From the NCBI GenBank assembly GCA_016293845.1, contig JAEDDH010000010.1, positions 4,104 to 68,103 of the forward strand: 64,000 nt of DNA. Reading direction: 5' to 3'. The position numbers and the translations under genes were made by a program. Below, piece by piece: positions 37,049 through 46,911 of this stretch. This DNA is from Bacteroidales bacterium. Lineage in GTDB: Bacteria > Bacteroidota > Bacteroidia > Bacteroidales > UBA3824. The stretch's first letter is position 1, and each line of letters begins with the position of its first letter. The notes under the pieces were generated by a model. That model was not told the DNA's origin and did not search any database. It saw only the letters and a program-made list of their open reading frames with translations.

Positions 37049-37761
37049 CTCTTGCCTACAACGGCGAAAATTACCACGGTTGGCAAACTCAGCCCAACGC
37101 CCCCACGGTTCAAGAAACATTGGAACGGGCTTTCTCTTTGATTCTCCGTCAAAACACCTCAATTACGGGCTGCGGACGTACCGACACGGGGGTTCACGCT
37201 GAATATTACGTGGCTCATTTCGACACCTACGATATCAATGCCAAAATAGGCGACTTGATTCACAAAATGAACTCTTTTCTCCCAAAGGATATTGCCATTT
37301 ACAGTATCGAACCTGTTGGCGATGATTTTAACGCGCGTTTTAGTGCCGTTAAACGTTCGTACCGCTACTGGATTCACACACGCAAAGACCCTTTTCTCGA
37401 CCGTAGTTCGTGGCTTGTGCCGTATCCAATTGATATTGAAAAAATGAACCAAGGATGCGAAATTTTGAAACGTTACACCGATTTTGCCTCGTTTTGCAAG
37501 GCCGGAAGCGATAATAAAACCACTATCTGTCATATTTCGTCGGCACAATGGACTCAAGATGCCCACCGCATAAAGTTTGAAATCACTGCCGACCGTTTTC
37601 TGCGCAATATGGTTCGTGCAATAGTGGGCACAATGGTAGACTTGGGTTTAGGTAAAACCTCACTGGCTGATTTTGAGGATATAATAAAAAGCCACAAACG
37701 CAGTTCCGCCGGACAATCTGTGCCAGCAAAAGGACTTGCGCTTGTGGATATAAGGTATTGA
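37033..37761 (+). CDS. truA: tRNA pseudouridine(38-40) synthase TruA
   Basis: MRYKLTLAYNGENYHGWQTQPN...GCGRTDTGVHA contains the catalytic Asp motif. The gene overlaps the prsW end by 16 nt. Confidence 0.95.
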   Translation: MRYKLTLAYNGENYHGWQTQPNAPTVQETLERAFSLILRQNTSITGCGRTDTGVHAEYYVAHFDTYDINAKIGDLIHKMNSFLPKDIAIYSIEPVGDDFNARFSAVKRSYRYWIHTRKDPFLDRSSWLVPYPIDIEKMNQGCEILKRYTDFASFCKAGSDNKTTICHISSAQWTQDAHRIKFEITADRFLRNMVRAIVGTMVDLGLGKTSLADFEDIIKSHKRSSAGQSVPAKGLALVDIRY

Positions 37762-37774
37762 AAAATCTATCTGA

Positions 37775-39352
37775 TTACGCTTCTGGCAGTTCGATATCCT
37801 CGTCGGCAAGGCGTTTGAGGATATTGTTGATGTCGCAGTTTTCAGAAACGATGTCGGCAACCTTGTCGATAGCCACACGCTCTTGTTTCATACTGTCGCG
37901 CCAACGGATAGTAACGGTGTTGTCTTTGAGAGTGTCGTAGTCAACAGTTACGCAGAAAGGAGTACCGATAGCATCTTGACGGCGGTAACGTTTGCCGATG
38001 GTGTCTTTCTCCTCGTAACGGCAGTCGAAACGGTACATAAGGTCTTTCATAAGTTTCTGTGCTATTTCTGGCAAGCCGTCTTTCTTAACGAGCGGGAACA
38101 CAGCCACTTTTACAGGAGCGAGAGCGGGAGGAATCTTCATTACCACGCGGCTGTCGGCTTTTCCGTCGGAGGTGAGGTCTTCTTCAGTGTACGATCCAGC
38201 AATGATGCTCAGGAACATACGGTCGAGACCTATTGAAGTCTCGATAACGTAAGGTGTGTAACTTTGGTTGAGTTCGGGGTCGAAGTACTGAATGTTTTTG
38301 CCCGAATATTTTTGGTGCTGACCAAGGTCGAAATTGGTACGCGAGTGGATGCCCTCCACCTCTTTGAATCCCATCGGGAAATTGTATTCGATGTCGGTGG
38401 CTGCGTTGGCATAGTGTGCGAGTTTCTCGTGGTCGTGGAAACGGTAGTTGTCGGTGCCGAAACCGAGAGCCTCGTGCCATTTGCGGCGCATTGTTTTCCA
38501 GTATTTAAACCAGCGGAGTTCGGTGCCGGGTTTGATAAAGTACTGCATCTCCATCTGCTCAAATTCGCGCATACGGAAAATGAACTGACGAGCCACAATC
38601 TCGTTGCGGAAAGCCTTGCCTATCTGTGCGATACCGAAAGGAATTTTCATACGGCCAGTCTTCTGCACGTTGAGGTAGTTTACAAAAATGCCCTGTGCGG
38701 TTTCGGGACGGAGATATATTGTTGACTGTTCGTCGGATACGCTACCCATCTTGGTAGAGAACATAAGGTTGAATTGACGAACTTCTGTCCAGTTTTTAGT
38801 GCCAGAAATGGGGCAGACGATGTCGCAGTCGAGAATAATCTGACGGAGTTCTTCAAGGTTGTTTTCGTTGAGTGCCTTGTCGTAACGTGCTGTAAGTTCG
38901 TTGATTTGCTGTTGAACTTTTTGAACGTTTTCGCTTGTGGCAAGGTATTTTTCCTTGTCGAATTTGTCGCCGAAACGTTTAGCGGCTTTTTCCACGTCTT
39001 TTTCTATTTTAGCGTAGAGTTTGTCGCGGTATTCTTCGATAAGGTTGTCGGCGCGGTAACGTTTTTTAGAGTCGCGGTTGTCGATAAGGGGGTCGTTGAA
39101 AGCGGCTACGTGTCCCGAAGCCTCCCAAGTTTTGGGGTGCATAAAGATAGCGGCGTCGATACCCACGATATTTTCGTGGAGGCGTGTCATAAACTTCCAC
39201 CAGTACTCTTTGATGTTGTTTTTAAGTTCCACGCCGTTTTGACCGTAGTCGTACACAGCGGCGAGACCGTCGTATATGTCGCTCGACGGGAATATAAAAC
39301 CGTATTCTTTGCAGTGCGATATAAGTTTCTTTAATTGGTCGTCTTGTGCCAT
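37775..39352 (-). CDS. glyQS: Glycine--tRNA ligase (class II, homodimeric GlyQS type)
   Basis: 525 aa. N-terminal FIFPSSDIYGG-like motif (GFIFPSSDIYDGLAAVYDYG), class II motifs and a C-terminal anticodon-binding domain. Confidence 0.95.
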   Translation of the reverse strand: MAQDDQLKKLISHCKEYGFIFPSSDIYDGLAAVYDYGQNGVELKNNIKEYWWKFMTRLHENIVGIDAAIFMHPKTWEASGHVAAFNDPLIDNRDSKKRYRADNLIEEYRDKLYAKIEKDVEKAAKRFGDKFDKEKYLATSENVQKVQQQINELTARYDKALNENNLEELRQIILDCDIVCPISGTKNWTEVRQFNLMFSTKMGSVSDEQSTIYLRPETAQGIFVNYLNVQKTGRMKIPFGIAQIGKAFRNEIVARQFIFRMREFEQMEMQYFIKPGTELRWFKYWKTMRRKWHEALGFGTDNYRFHDHEKLAHYANAATDIEYNFPMGFKEVEGIHSRTNFDLGQHQKYSGKNIQYFDPELNQSYTPYVIETSIGLDRMFLSIIAGSYTEEDLTSDGKADSRVVMKIPPALAPVKVAVFPLVKKDGLPEIAQKLMKDLMYRFDCRYEEKDTIGKRYRRQDAIGTPFCVTVDYDTLKDNTVTIRWRDSMKQERVAIDKVADIVSENCDINNILKRLADEDIELPEA

Positions 39353-39429
39353 TGTTTTGTATGTTAAATAATTTCAGGTTGCAAAATTAGATATAAATTT
39401 TGAGATTATATCATTTTTTTGCAAATTAT

Positions 39430-40578
39430 CTACTTCTCCGCCTCCAACAGCCTCTCTACGCCTCTTTTTATTGTATCATCTTCCCTTGCAAAACACACTC
39501 TTATGATGTTGCTCTTGTTTTTGTCGTGGTAGTACATCGACATTGGGAAAACTGCTACGCCGTGGTTGTTGACAAGTTTGAGGGCAAACTCTGTGTCGGG
39601 GTCGGGGGTAACGTCAGAGCAGTCTATCGCCTGAAACCACGAGCCTTCGGTGGGTGTGAATTTGTATTTCGAGCCTTTTAGCAGGCTGCACAAGAGGTCG
39701 CGCTTATGGTGGTAGAGTTCGCGTATTTGGTCTGACACTTCGGAATGTGCCTCGTTGAGAAAATCGGCAAAGGTGTATTGCACAGCGGTGTTTGAGCCGT
39801 TGCAGATATAGTTGTGCATCTTGCGTATTTCGGCAGTGTAGTCGGCAGGAGCACAGCAAGTGCCGGTTTTCCAGCCTGTTGCGTTAAACGATTTGCCGAG
39901 CGAACTTATTACAATGCTCTGTTTTGCCAACATCGGATAGTGCGATACGCTTGTAAGCGGACCATCATACACAAAACTGCCGTAAGTTTCGTCGCTGAGT
40001 ATTACAATCTTGCTTCTGGCAATGGTTTTTTGCAGCATTTTCATATCTTCGTCAGACATAACTTTGCCGGTGGGTATATGAGGATTGCTGATGATTATCA
40101 TTTTGGTGCGTTGATTAACCGAACGCATTACCTCGTTCCAATCAATCTTGTAGTCGGGATATTTGAGAGCGATAAACACGGGCGTGCCTCCGTTTAGGCG
40201 GATTGCAGGTACATAGTTTTCGTAAACGGGCTCAAATACAATAACTTCGTCGTCTTCGTGAACAACGGCTGAGATTGCAGTCCACACGGCTTCGGTAGAT
40301 CCGGCGGTGATAGTAACCTCGGTTTCGGGGTTGTACTGGGCGCCAAACTCCTTGTTGTAGATGCCTGCCATAGCCGTGCGCAAGGACAGTATGCCTTCGA
40401 TGGGGCTGTACTGATTGTGTCCGTTGCTTATATGCTTGGCAATAGATTTTACAAGGCACTGCGGCATATTAAAATCGGGCACCGAGCAAGCTATGTCTAC
40501 CGCATTGTTTTTGGCAGCGACGTCTAAAATCTCGAATGCCGGTTTTAACGTATTTTCAGGTAGTTTTGATCTCAGCAT
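39430..40578 (-). CDS. Class I/II PLP-dependent aminotransferase (YbdL/methionine aminotransferase-like)
   Basis: 382 aa. The PLP-Lys motif SLGKSFNATGWKTG and the NPHIPTG motif are present. Confidence 0.85.
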   Translation of the reverse strand: MLRSKLPENTLKPAFEILDVAAKNNAVDIACSVPDFNMPQCLVKSIAKHISNGHNQYSPIEGILSLRTAMAGIYNKEFGAQYNPETEVTITAGSTEAVWTAISAVVHEDDEVIVFEPVYENYVPAIRLNGGTPVFIALKYPDYKIDWNEVMRSVNQRTKMIIISNPHIPTGKVMSDEDMKMLQKTIARSKIVILSDETYGSFVYDGPLTSVSHYPMLAKQSIVISSLGKSFNATGWKTGTCCAPADYTAEIRKMHNYICNGSNTAVQYTFADFLNEAHSEVSDQIRELYHHKRDLLCSLLKGSKYKFTPTEGSWFQAIDCSDVTPDPDTEFALKLVNNHGVAVFPMSMYYHDKNKSNIIRVCFAREDDTIKRGVERLLEAEK

Positions 40579-40694
40579 ACTTTCTGTTATTTATTTTTCA
40601 AAATTACAAAAGATTTTAATATGGCAAGTTTAGTTTTACTTTTTTTGCAAAATAAATTTTAAAATTGGTTTAAATAGTGATAATTAATGTATTA

Positions 40695-40734
40695 AAAATA
40701 AAATACTCCGGCATTGCTGTCGGAGTATTTTTTG
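40695..40734 (-). terminator. Intrinsic (bidirectional) terminator
   Basis: AAATACTCCG (40701-40710) pairs with CGGAGTATTT (40721-40730). A/T runs flank both sides, just downstream of the stop of 40755..41177 (-). Confidence 0.55.
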
Positions 40735-40754
40735 ATGTGTGGAAAAATGTGGTA

Positions 40755-41177
40755 TTAGTATGCTATGGAATTATATATCTGCTGTTTAAGGTAATCGATA
40801 CCGCTTCCGAGCACTATTCCGGCGTTGTCGGCGGCTGCGATATAGTCGGCAGCGTTGTCGATGGTGGCATGAGCGTAAAAATATAGTCCTGTGTCTTCTT
40901 TTACCACGTCGCTGTCTACCGATTCTATTACGGCGTTGCTTTCGTGACCGTCTACAATCAGTTTGATGTTGGTGCTTTCGGAGAGTGAGTTTATATATTT
41001 ATAAGGTATCTCAATTTTGCAGAGACATTTTGAATCAGAGTTTTTTTCAACGGAAAAACCGCTTGTGATAATGTTTTCGGGCATATTGTTTATTACACCG
41101 AAAACCAACATTGCTGTTAACATTGCCAAAGCAATCGCTATGCCTGCGTGCTTGATCATTTTGTTTGTTGTTTTCAT
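40755..41177 (-). CDS. Membrane-anchored hypothetical protein
   Basis: 140 aa. N-terminal TM/signal anchor AGIAIALAMLTAMLVFGV. I recognise no family. Confidence 0.4.
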   Translation of the reverse strand: MKTTNKMIKHAGIAIALAMLTAMLVFGVINNMPENIITSGFSVEKNSDSKCLCKIEIPYKYINSLSESTNIKLIVDGHESNAVIESVDSDVVKEDTGLYFYAHATIDNAADYIAAADNAGIVLGSGIDYLKQQIYNSIAY

Positions 41178-41321
41178 AGTTCTGATGTTTATTATGTTGT
41201 CAACCTATTAGTGGTGATTTTTAGACGATGCAAAATTAGCCCTGCTTTTTAAAGTGTGCAATGCGTAAAATGCGTATATGGCTGAAAATAAGGTAGGGGT
41301 TTTACGTATTTTTGGGGAGAA

Positions 41322-42314
41322 TTACAATGCCAAATACACGTGAAGCGCTATCGACGATAGCAAAAATGCTGCAAACAGGAGTTCGCTCCAAAAGCCTTGT
41401 TTTATGTTGTAAAATACTGTAACAGTCATAAACGCAGCGGGACAGAGCGCAATTCTAAGTGTTTCGATACTAAGAAAAGGTGATAATGCTGCTCCTACGG
41501 TTATTACAAAAACCATAAAAAGAAACCTATATACCCTTCCTTCAAATACATTGAATCGTGTATACAATCCTGCCATCATTAGTCCCGTTACCACAAGCCA
41601 TGCCGTTCCTGCTATCAGAAACACAAGGTTGTTGCCCACTGGTGTGAAAATGTGACGGATACTAAATTCTTCGGCGATGTTTTCCCACACAGGCATAATT
41701 TCACTGTTGCTAAGGTAATAACCCGCAAAATAGAATAGCACGGGGGTGATAATTCCGAGCACCAACATCATTATTTCGTTGAAACGGTAGGGGCGGAACA
41801 CCGTAATGGCTGCTATACCAAAAAAGAGTGTTATTACAGCGTTGAAACAAAACAGTGTGGCAACGCCAAAAAATAATCCTGCATCAAAAAGATTGTACAC
41901 TGCCACATCTTTGCCGTTGCTATTGAGTATCGGAAACATACCCAGCATAATAAACACAGCGGCAAACTGTTCGGGAAGTAGCACATTGTAAGGTATATAG
42001 CACATTCCCACTGCTGCCGTTACCACAAAAAACAACGATCCTTTGGCTCGCGTGAGTTCAAAACGGTTGTTGAGGCTTGTCATCACAAGCACTTCCATAA
42101 TATTTAGCAGCACAAAGCATATACCGAGCAGCAACGGTGTTCCAAACGAACCGAGAAAGTTTCTTATATCGCCAAAAATCAACGAACCCGACTGCGGCAC
42201 TATCCACATCCAACCACCGTAAGGCATCACCGCCGAACACGCAAATCCGGCAAACACCAAGACGGCGATTGCAATTCCGAGGGGGCTGTTGTCTTTTAGC
42301 GATTTTAGTATCAC
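41322..42314 (-). CDS. Polytopic integral membrane protein, unknown function
   Basis: 330 aa with about 8-9 hydrophobic helices throughout. Confidence 0.55.
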   Translation of the reverse strand: MILKSLKDNSPLGIAIAVLVFAGFACSAVMPYGGWMWIVPQSGSLIFGDIRNFLGSFGTPLLLGICFVLLNIMEVLVMTSLNNRFELTRAKGSLFFVVTAAVGMCYIPYNVLLPEQFAAVFIMLGMFPILNSNGKDVAVYNLFDAGLFFGVATLFCFNAVITLFFGIAAITVFRPYRFNEIMMLVLGIITPVLFYFAGYYLSNSEIMPVWENIAEEFSIRHIFTPVGNNLVFLIAGTAWLVVTGLMMAGLYTRFNVFEGRVYRFLFMVFVITVGAALSPFLSIETLRIALCPAAFMTVTVFYNIKQGFWSELLFAAFLLSSIALHVYLAL

Positions 42315-42397
42315 AGCATACGGTTTTTATGGTTGACAAAATTACAAAATTTTTTTACATTGAATGAAAACACTCTATTTTTTTAGCCCTTATTAAA

Positions 42398-42427
42398 CAA
42401 AAAAAGGGACACGACTAATCGTGTCCC
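42398..42427 (-). terminator. Intrinsic terminator downstream of the OM receptor gene
   Basis: On the minus strand GGGACACG-ATTAGT-CGTGTCCC is followed by TTTTTTTG. Confidence 0.65.
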
Positions 42428-42455
42428 AAACAACAATTATATTAATAGTGTACTT

Positions 42456-45420
42456 TTATGGTCTTCCGCCAAATCCGCCGCCGGGTCTACCTCCGGGACC
42501 AAATCCATCACCGGGATAGCCACCGCCAGGTCTGCCACCAGGACCAAATCCTCCAGGGCCGCCTTGATTGCGTGCGTCTTTGCCGCCAAAGAGGTTGAGA
42601 CGGTAGATTAAGTGCAACATAACGTACGAGTTGATGGTGTTGTACTGAGTGTCGCTACGCTGCATTGCTGTAATGCTGCGGCTGTAGGTGCTAAGCTGCT
42701 GCAAAATATCGTAGAATTGTACCGAAACTGTAAGAGCTTTGCCTTTGAGAAAACTTTGCGAAACTTGTGCGTTCCATACAAGTTCGTCGGTATTCATAGA
42801 GTTGTCGTTGTATCCCCGACGGCTTTGGTTGTGAAGGTCGGAGGTAACGCTCATACCAAATGGGAAATAAACGTTAAACGATCCACCATACGAAAACATT
42901 TTGGTGTCGAGGTTGCTCTGTTGTTGAAGTTCGTTGCGCGAATGTGTGTAGTTGATACTTCCGTCGAGTGCTATCTCAAACCAACCTTTGCGCCAGCTAC
43001 CTTGCAAACGTTCCATTATGGTGTTAGACTGTGTGGTAGATTTTTTAGTATCATTGTTTACAAGTACATAGCCTACATTATTGTTAAAGTTGTACATTGT
43101 AAAGGTGTTGATATTCCAAATACCTGCCGAATCAAGGGCTGTGTTAAACATAAAGCCAGAGTTGATATCCCAGTTGCCGTTGATGTTTTCGGGGCGCGAA
43201 ATCTGTTTACCTGTTCTTTCGTCGTATGTTACCATATTAGAAATAGAGTTCTTGGTGGTGTTCATATTAACGAAAGTCATAATAGTGCGCATGTGCTCGC
43301 GGATGTAAGTGTTGTAATTGAGTCGGAGGTTGTTAGAAAACGAGGGTTTCAAACCGGGGTTACCTTTGGTAATGCGCATCGGGTTGCTGTCGTCGGTGAT
43401 GTCGAGAAGGTCGCTCATCGAGGGCTGCGAAGTGTTGCCTCGGTAGGTGATTTCTAAGCGGGTAAGGTCGTTGGGGTTGTAACGGTATTCAAATGTAGGA
43501 GTTACATTAAATACTGTACGTGTGGTGTCAACTTTTACGCCTTGAAAATTTTGCACAAAATTGGTTTTTTGTGGTTGCAACATTCCGCCAACGTTCAACT
43601 GATATTTGTCGCGAATCATACGGAAACCGAGGTTGATGTCGTGAATATAGTTTTTATATTCAGAATAGCGGCTCTGCGATTGATTGAAATAAGCATCGCT
43701 GAGAGGGTTGTTGATACGCGAAAGATAATTGTTCCATTCGCGATATTCGTTTCTTACGCCAAGAAATGGGTTGGTATCAAATAGGTTTTTGCTATAATCG
43801 TATGTAGAACGGTCGCTCTCGCTGTATTGATAGCGGTATTGATAGCTAAACTGCAAATATGTGCGTTTGGCAATAGGCTCGCTATACGATAATTGTACCG
43901 ATGCGTTCCAGTTGTTGCTTGGTGTAAGATTGTATTTGTTGGTAAAGTATGTAGAATCTTCGCCCGAAGCAAGTTTTATTTGATAATAAATAATGTCGCT
44001 TGTGGTGATGGTTTTGTTTTCGGTGTCGGTGTATCCGCCGCTACCGCTGAGGGTGATGTTGCGGCCTTCGTTGTTGAGTTTGCGGTTAAACTGCAATGTG
44101 CCGTTGTATCTTGTATTGCTGCTGTAATTGAGGTTGCCATCGGTTTGATAGTTAACCACCAAAGTGTCGGAAACCAATTTAGAAATATCTGCACCGGCCA
44201 ATGGGTCGAATACATATAGATAAGGGTCTTCGTCAAACATAGCCGAAAGGCCTCTTGAGCTACCGTCGTTGGTAGAAACCGAAGCTGTAGGACGGAACAT
44301 AATGTTGGTCATTTCGTCGGGTTGCCATTCTAAGCGCCCTTGAAAATTCCAACTATCGCTACGAGAATATTGCTGTGTGTTGGAGTTAGAAAATGCGCCT
44401 TTTTTTACAACGAATCTTTCTACCGATTGTTGACTAAGGATATCGCCGTCGCTGTGGTTCCAACGTATGCTACCGTCTATGCTGAGTTTGTTTTTCTCTT
44501 CAAAGTTGTAGTTGATACCTGCCATTTTTGTGGCGTTCAAACCATTGTTGCCCATACGGAAACGTCCGCCGCCACCGCCAAATCCACGGTCGCTAACGTT
44601 GTTGGCGTTGGTCATTACCATAATGCGGCTACGGTTGGCAAAATATGCGCCCATACCGCGCCACGAATAGCGGTTTTCGGTGCCTAAGCCAAGGTCGAGG
44701 TTGGTAAACATACCTTTGTTCATTCCCGGTTTGATACCAAAGTCGAGCACGGTTTCTTCGTTGCCGTCTTCAATGCCGGTGATACGTGCCATATCGCTCT
44801 GTTGGTCGTATGCCTTAACGCGGCTTACGATAGATGTTGGGAGGTTTTTCATTGCTGTTTTGGTGTCGCCGGTCATAAATTCCTTGCCGTCAACAAGAAT
44901 CTTGGTAACCTCTTTGCCGTTGATGGTGATTTTGCCATCTTCATCAACTTCGGCTCCGGGGAGTTTTTTTTACAAGTTCTTCAATTACCGAACCTTCGGT
45001 AGTACGGTATGCGTCAACGTTATAAATAAAAGTGTCTTTTTTTACCGAAACCTTTGAACCGTAAGCCTTTACCGTAGCTTGTTCTAACATTACGGAACTT
45101 GGGTTCATTTTAATTTTTCCAAGGTTGACGTTTTGGCCTTGATAAACCGACACTGCCTTAACGATAGGGTCGAAACCTACGCTCGAAATTTTGATAACAA
45201 AATCGCCATCGTTTGGGGCTTTAATAGAGAATGTGCCGTTTTCATTGGTGATAGTACCTGTAATAAACGTGCTGTCTGATTTTAGTAATCGGGCGGTGGC
45301 ATTGACCGCCGGCTCTTTGGTGTCGCCGTCGATGATTGTGGCGGTGATTTCGCGATTCTGCGCCATCGAAAATGTTGCAGAGGCAGTCACTGCCCACATT
45401 AGCAATAATATTTTTTTCAT
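42456..45420 (-). pseudogene. TonB-dependent-like OM beta-barrel protein (carboxypeptidase-regulatory-like N-domain + plug + barrel, Gly-rich tail), split by a 1-nt frameshift in an A8 tract
   Basis: The N-part (44944..45420) has a signal peptide and the TATIIDGDTKEPAVNATARL... CarbopepD_reg-like fold. It ends ...VIEELVKKTPRSRS*. The next frame reads LPGAEVDEDGKITINGKEVTKILVDGKEFMTGD..., continuing into ORF 42456..44876. Removing one A from the run at 44964-44971 restores ...ELVKKLPGAEVDEDGK.... Confidence 0.8.
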
Positions 45421-45609
45421 CTTCGTAAAATTTTTTTTTGATAAAATACGGTGTTTTGACGAAGTTTTGATAAAATAGTTTAAAGCATTTATAAAAAAAA
45501 CATCTGCTTATTCCATAGTCAACCATTGATTGCACCAACTTTCCACTGACCTTTTGCCCGCATACTTCGCGGAGTATAAAACCAGATTTGAGTTTTATTT
45601 ATATTATCC

Positions 45610-46668
45610 TTATAGTTTTTCTATCTCTTGTGGTGATAATCCTGTGTAATTTGATATTTTGTCAACAGGCTGATTGTCGGTTTTCATTAAACGTGCCATA
45701 GCTATAGCTTTTTGTTTTTCGCCTTCTGCAATACCCTCAGCTCTGCCTTCTGCAATGCCCTCAGCTCTGCCTTCTGCTATGCCTTGAGCTCTACCCTCAG
45801 CTCTACCCTCAGCTCTGCCTTCTGCTATGCCTTGAGCTCTACCCTCAGCTCTGCCTTGTGCAATACCTTCAGCTCTGCCTTGTGCAATACCTTGTGCAAT
45901 ACCTTGTGCAATACCTTGTTCGTGGCCTTTGCTATAGCCAAGCTGAATACTTGTTTCAAAAACACTCTTGTTGAATCCGAGAGTTTCTACATAACGGTAA
46001 TATGCCTTGCGATCTTCATCGCTTAACGAATCTACGCGGAGTATTTCGCGAGCTTCGGGAAGTCCTTGTGCTGTAAATGTGTCGGGAATTTCGCCAGTTT
46101 TGAGAAACGAAATCCACTGTTTAAGGTCTTCGTCGGGTTCATCGTCAAACTTGTTGACTCTTAGGATATAGTATTCTGGGAAAATGCCCGACACTTCGTC
46201 TTTGCCAAACTTAGATTTCTGAACTTTTGAAAGTTTAAGTTCGTCTTTATCGTCGAGCATATTCCAAAAGCGGGTGGTGCCGTGGTAGGCGTAACCGTTG
46301 CCCTGTCCGAGGCTGAAATATACTACATTTATCGAAAATACCTTGGGTATAGTGCCGTAAGTGGCACCAAGTTTCATATAGTCGGATATGATTTTCGATG
46401 TGCCGTATGCCATACGGTGAAAATAGTCTAACTCGTGGTCGTTTTGCACTTCGATGAGGAATTTCTCTTTTTTATCATCTTCAACGAGGAGGTCGACGCG
46501 GTTGAATTTCTGTTCGGCAGATTCTTGATTGCTTTCGCTTTCGAGAATCTGAGTTATTTTGATTTGGCGTTCGAGAAGCACGCTCAAAAAGCCCTCCAAT
46601 ATCACATGGCTTGCTTTGTTGCGCAATAAACGCTTCATCATCCAATCGAATCTAATATACTTTAACAT
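45610..46668 (-). CDS. Rpn-family recombination-promoting nuclease / PD-(D/E)XK putative transposase (PDDEXK_2-like)
   Basis: 352 aa. The N-terminus MLKYIRFDWMMKRLLRNKASHVILEGFLSVLL and the core RVDLLVEDDKKEKFLIEVQ (D...ExQ nuclease motif) are typical. The C-terminus has A-[EQ]-G-[IR] repeats. Confidence 0.8.
   Translation of the reverse strand: MLKYIRFDWMMKRLLRNKASHVILEGFLSVLLERQIKITQILESESNQESAEQKFNRVDLLVEDDKKEKFLIEVQNDHELDYFHRMAYGTSKIISDYMKLGATYGTIPKVFSINVVYFSLGQGNGYAYHGTTRFWNMLDDKDELKLSKVQKSKFGKDEVSGIFPEYYILRVNKFDDEPDEDLKQWISFLKTGEIPDTFTAQGLPEAREILRVDSLSDEDRKAYYRYVETLGFNKSVFETSIQLGYSKGHEQGIAQGIAQGIAQGRAEGIAQGRAEGRAQGIAEGRAEGRAEGRAQGIAEGRAEGIAEGRAEGIAEGEKQKAIAMARLMKTDNQPVDKISNYTGLSPQEIEKL
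45721..45924 (-). repeat. In-frame 12-bp tandem repeat (about 17 units) encoding (A-E/Q-G-I/R)n inside the Rpn-like gene
   Basis: Successive 12-mers are gccttctgcaat, accctcagctct, gccttctgcaat, gccctcagctct, gccttctgctat, gccttgagctct, and so on. They translate on the minus strand to GIAQGIAQGIAQGRAEGIAQGRAEGRAQGIAEGRAEGRAEG.... Confidence 0.9.
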
Positions 46669-46876
46669 AGCTCATAATTTTTTCGCAAATATACAATAAA
46701 GAAATGAGGAATGCAAATAAAAAAAACAGGCGGGATCTGCAAAACAATTTACATAATTCTTCGATATATTGCCAAAAGATACCTTATTATGGGGCGCAAT
46801 TATCTTAGATGTTCAAAAAAAATGTTCCATATTTATAATTTGTGGCAGAGGTGAAAATAAAAATTGAAATATTTGT

Positions 46877-46884
46877 TATCTTTG
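46877..46884 (+). promoter_or_regulatory. Bacteroides-type -7 promoter box
   Basis: TATCTTTG lies 28 nt upstream of the purD ATG at 46912. Confidence 0.45.
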
Positions 46885-46911
46885 CCCCAAAAACATCAAA
46901 ACACATCCAAC

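Noticed and set aside
42459-42570. The Gly/Pro-rich tail (GGPGGFGPGGRPGGGYPGDGFGPGGRPGGGFGGRP) of the OM receptor as a novelty.
   Set aside because: As far as I recall, Gly-rich C-terminal tails are common in this OM beta-barrel family. It is noted only as a low-complexity coding repeat.
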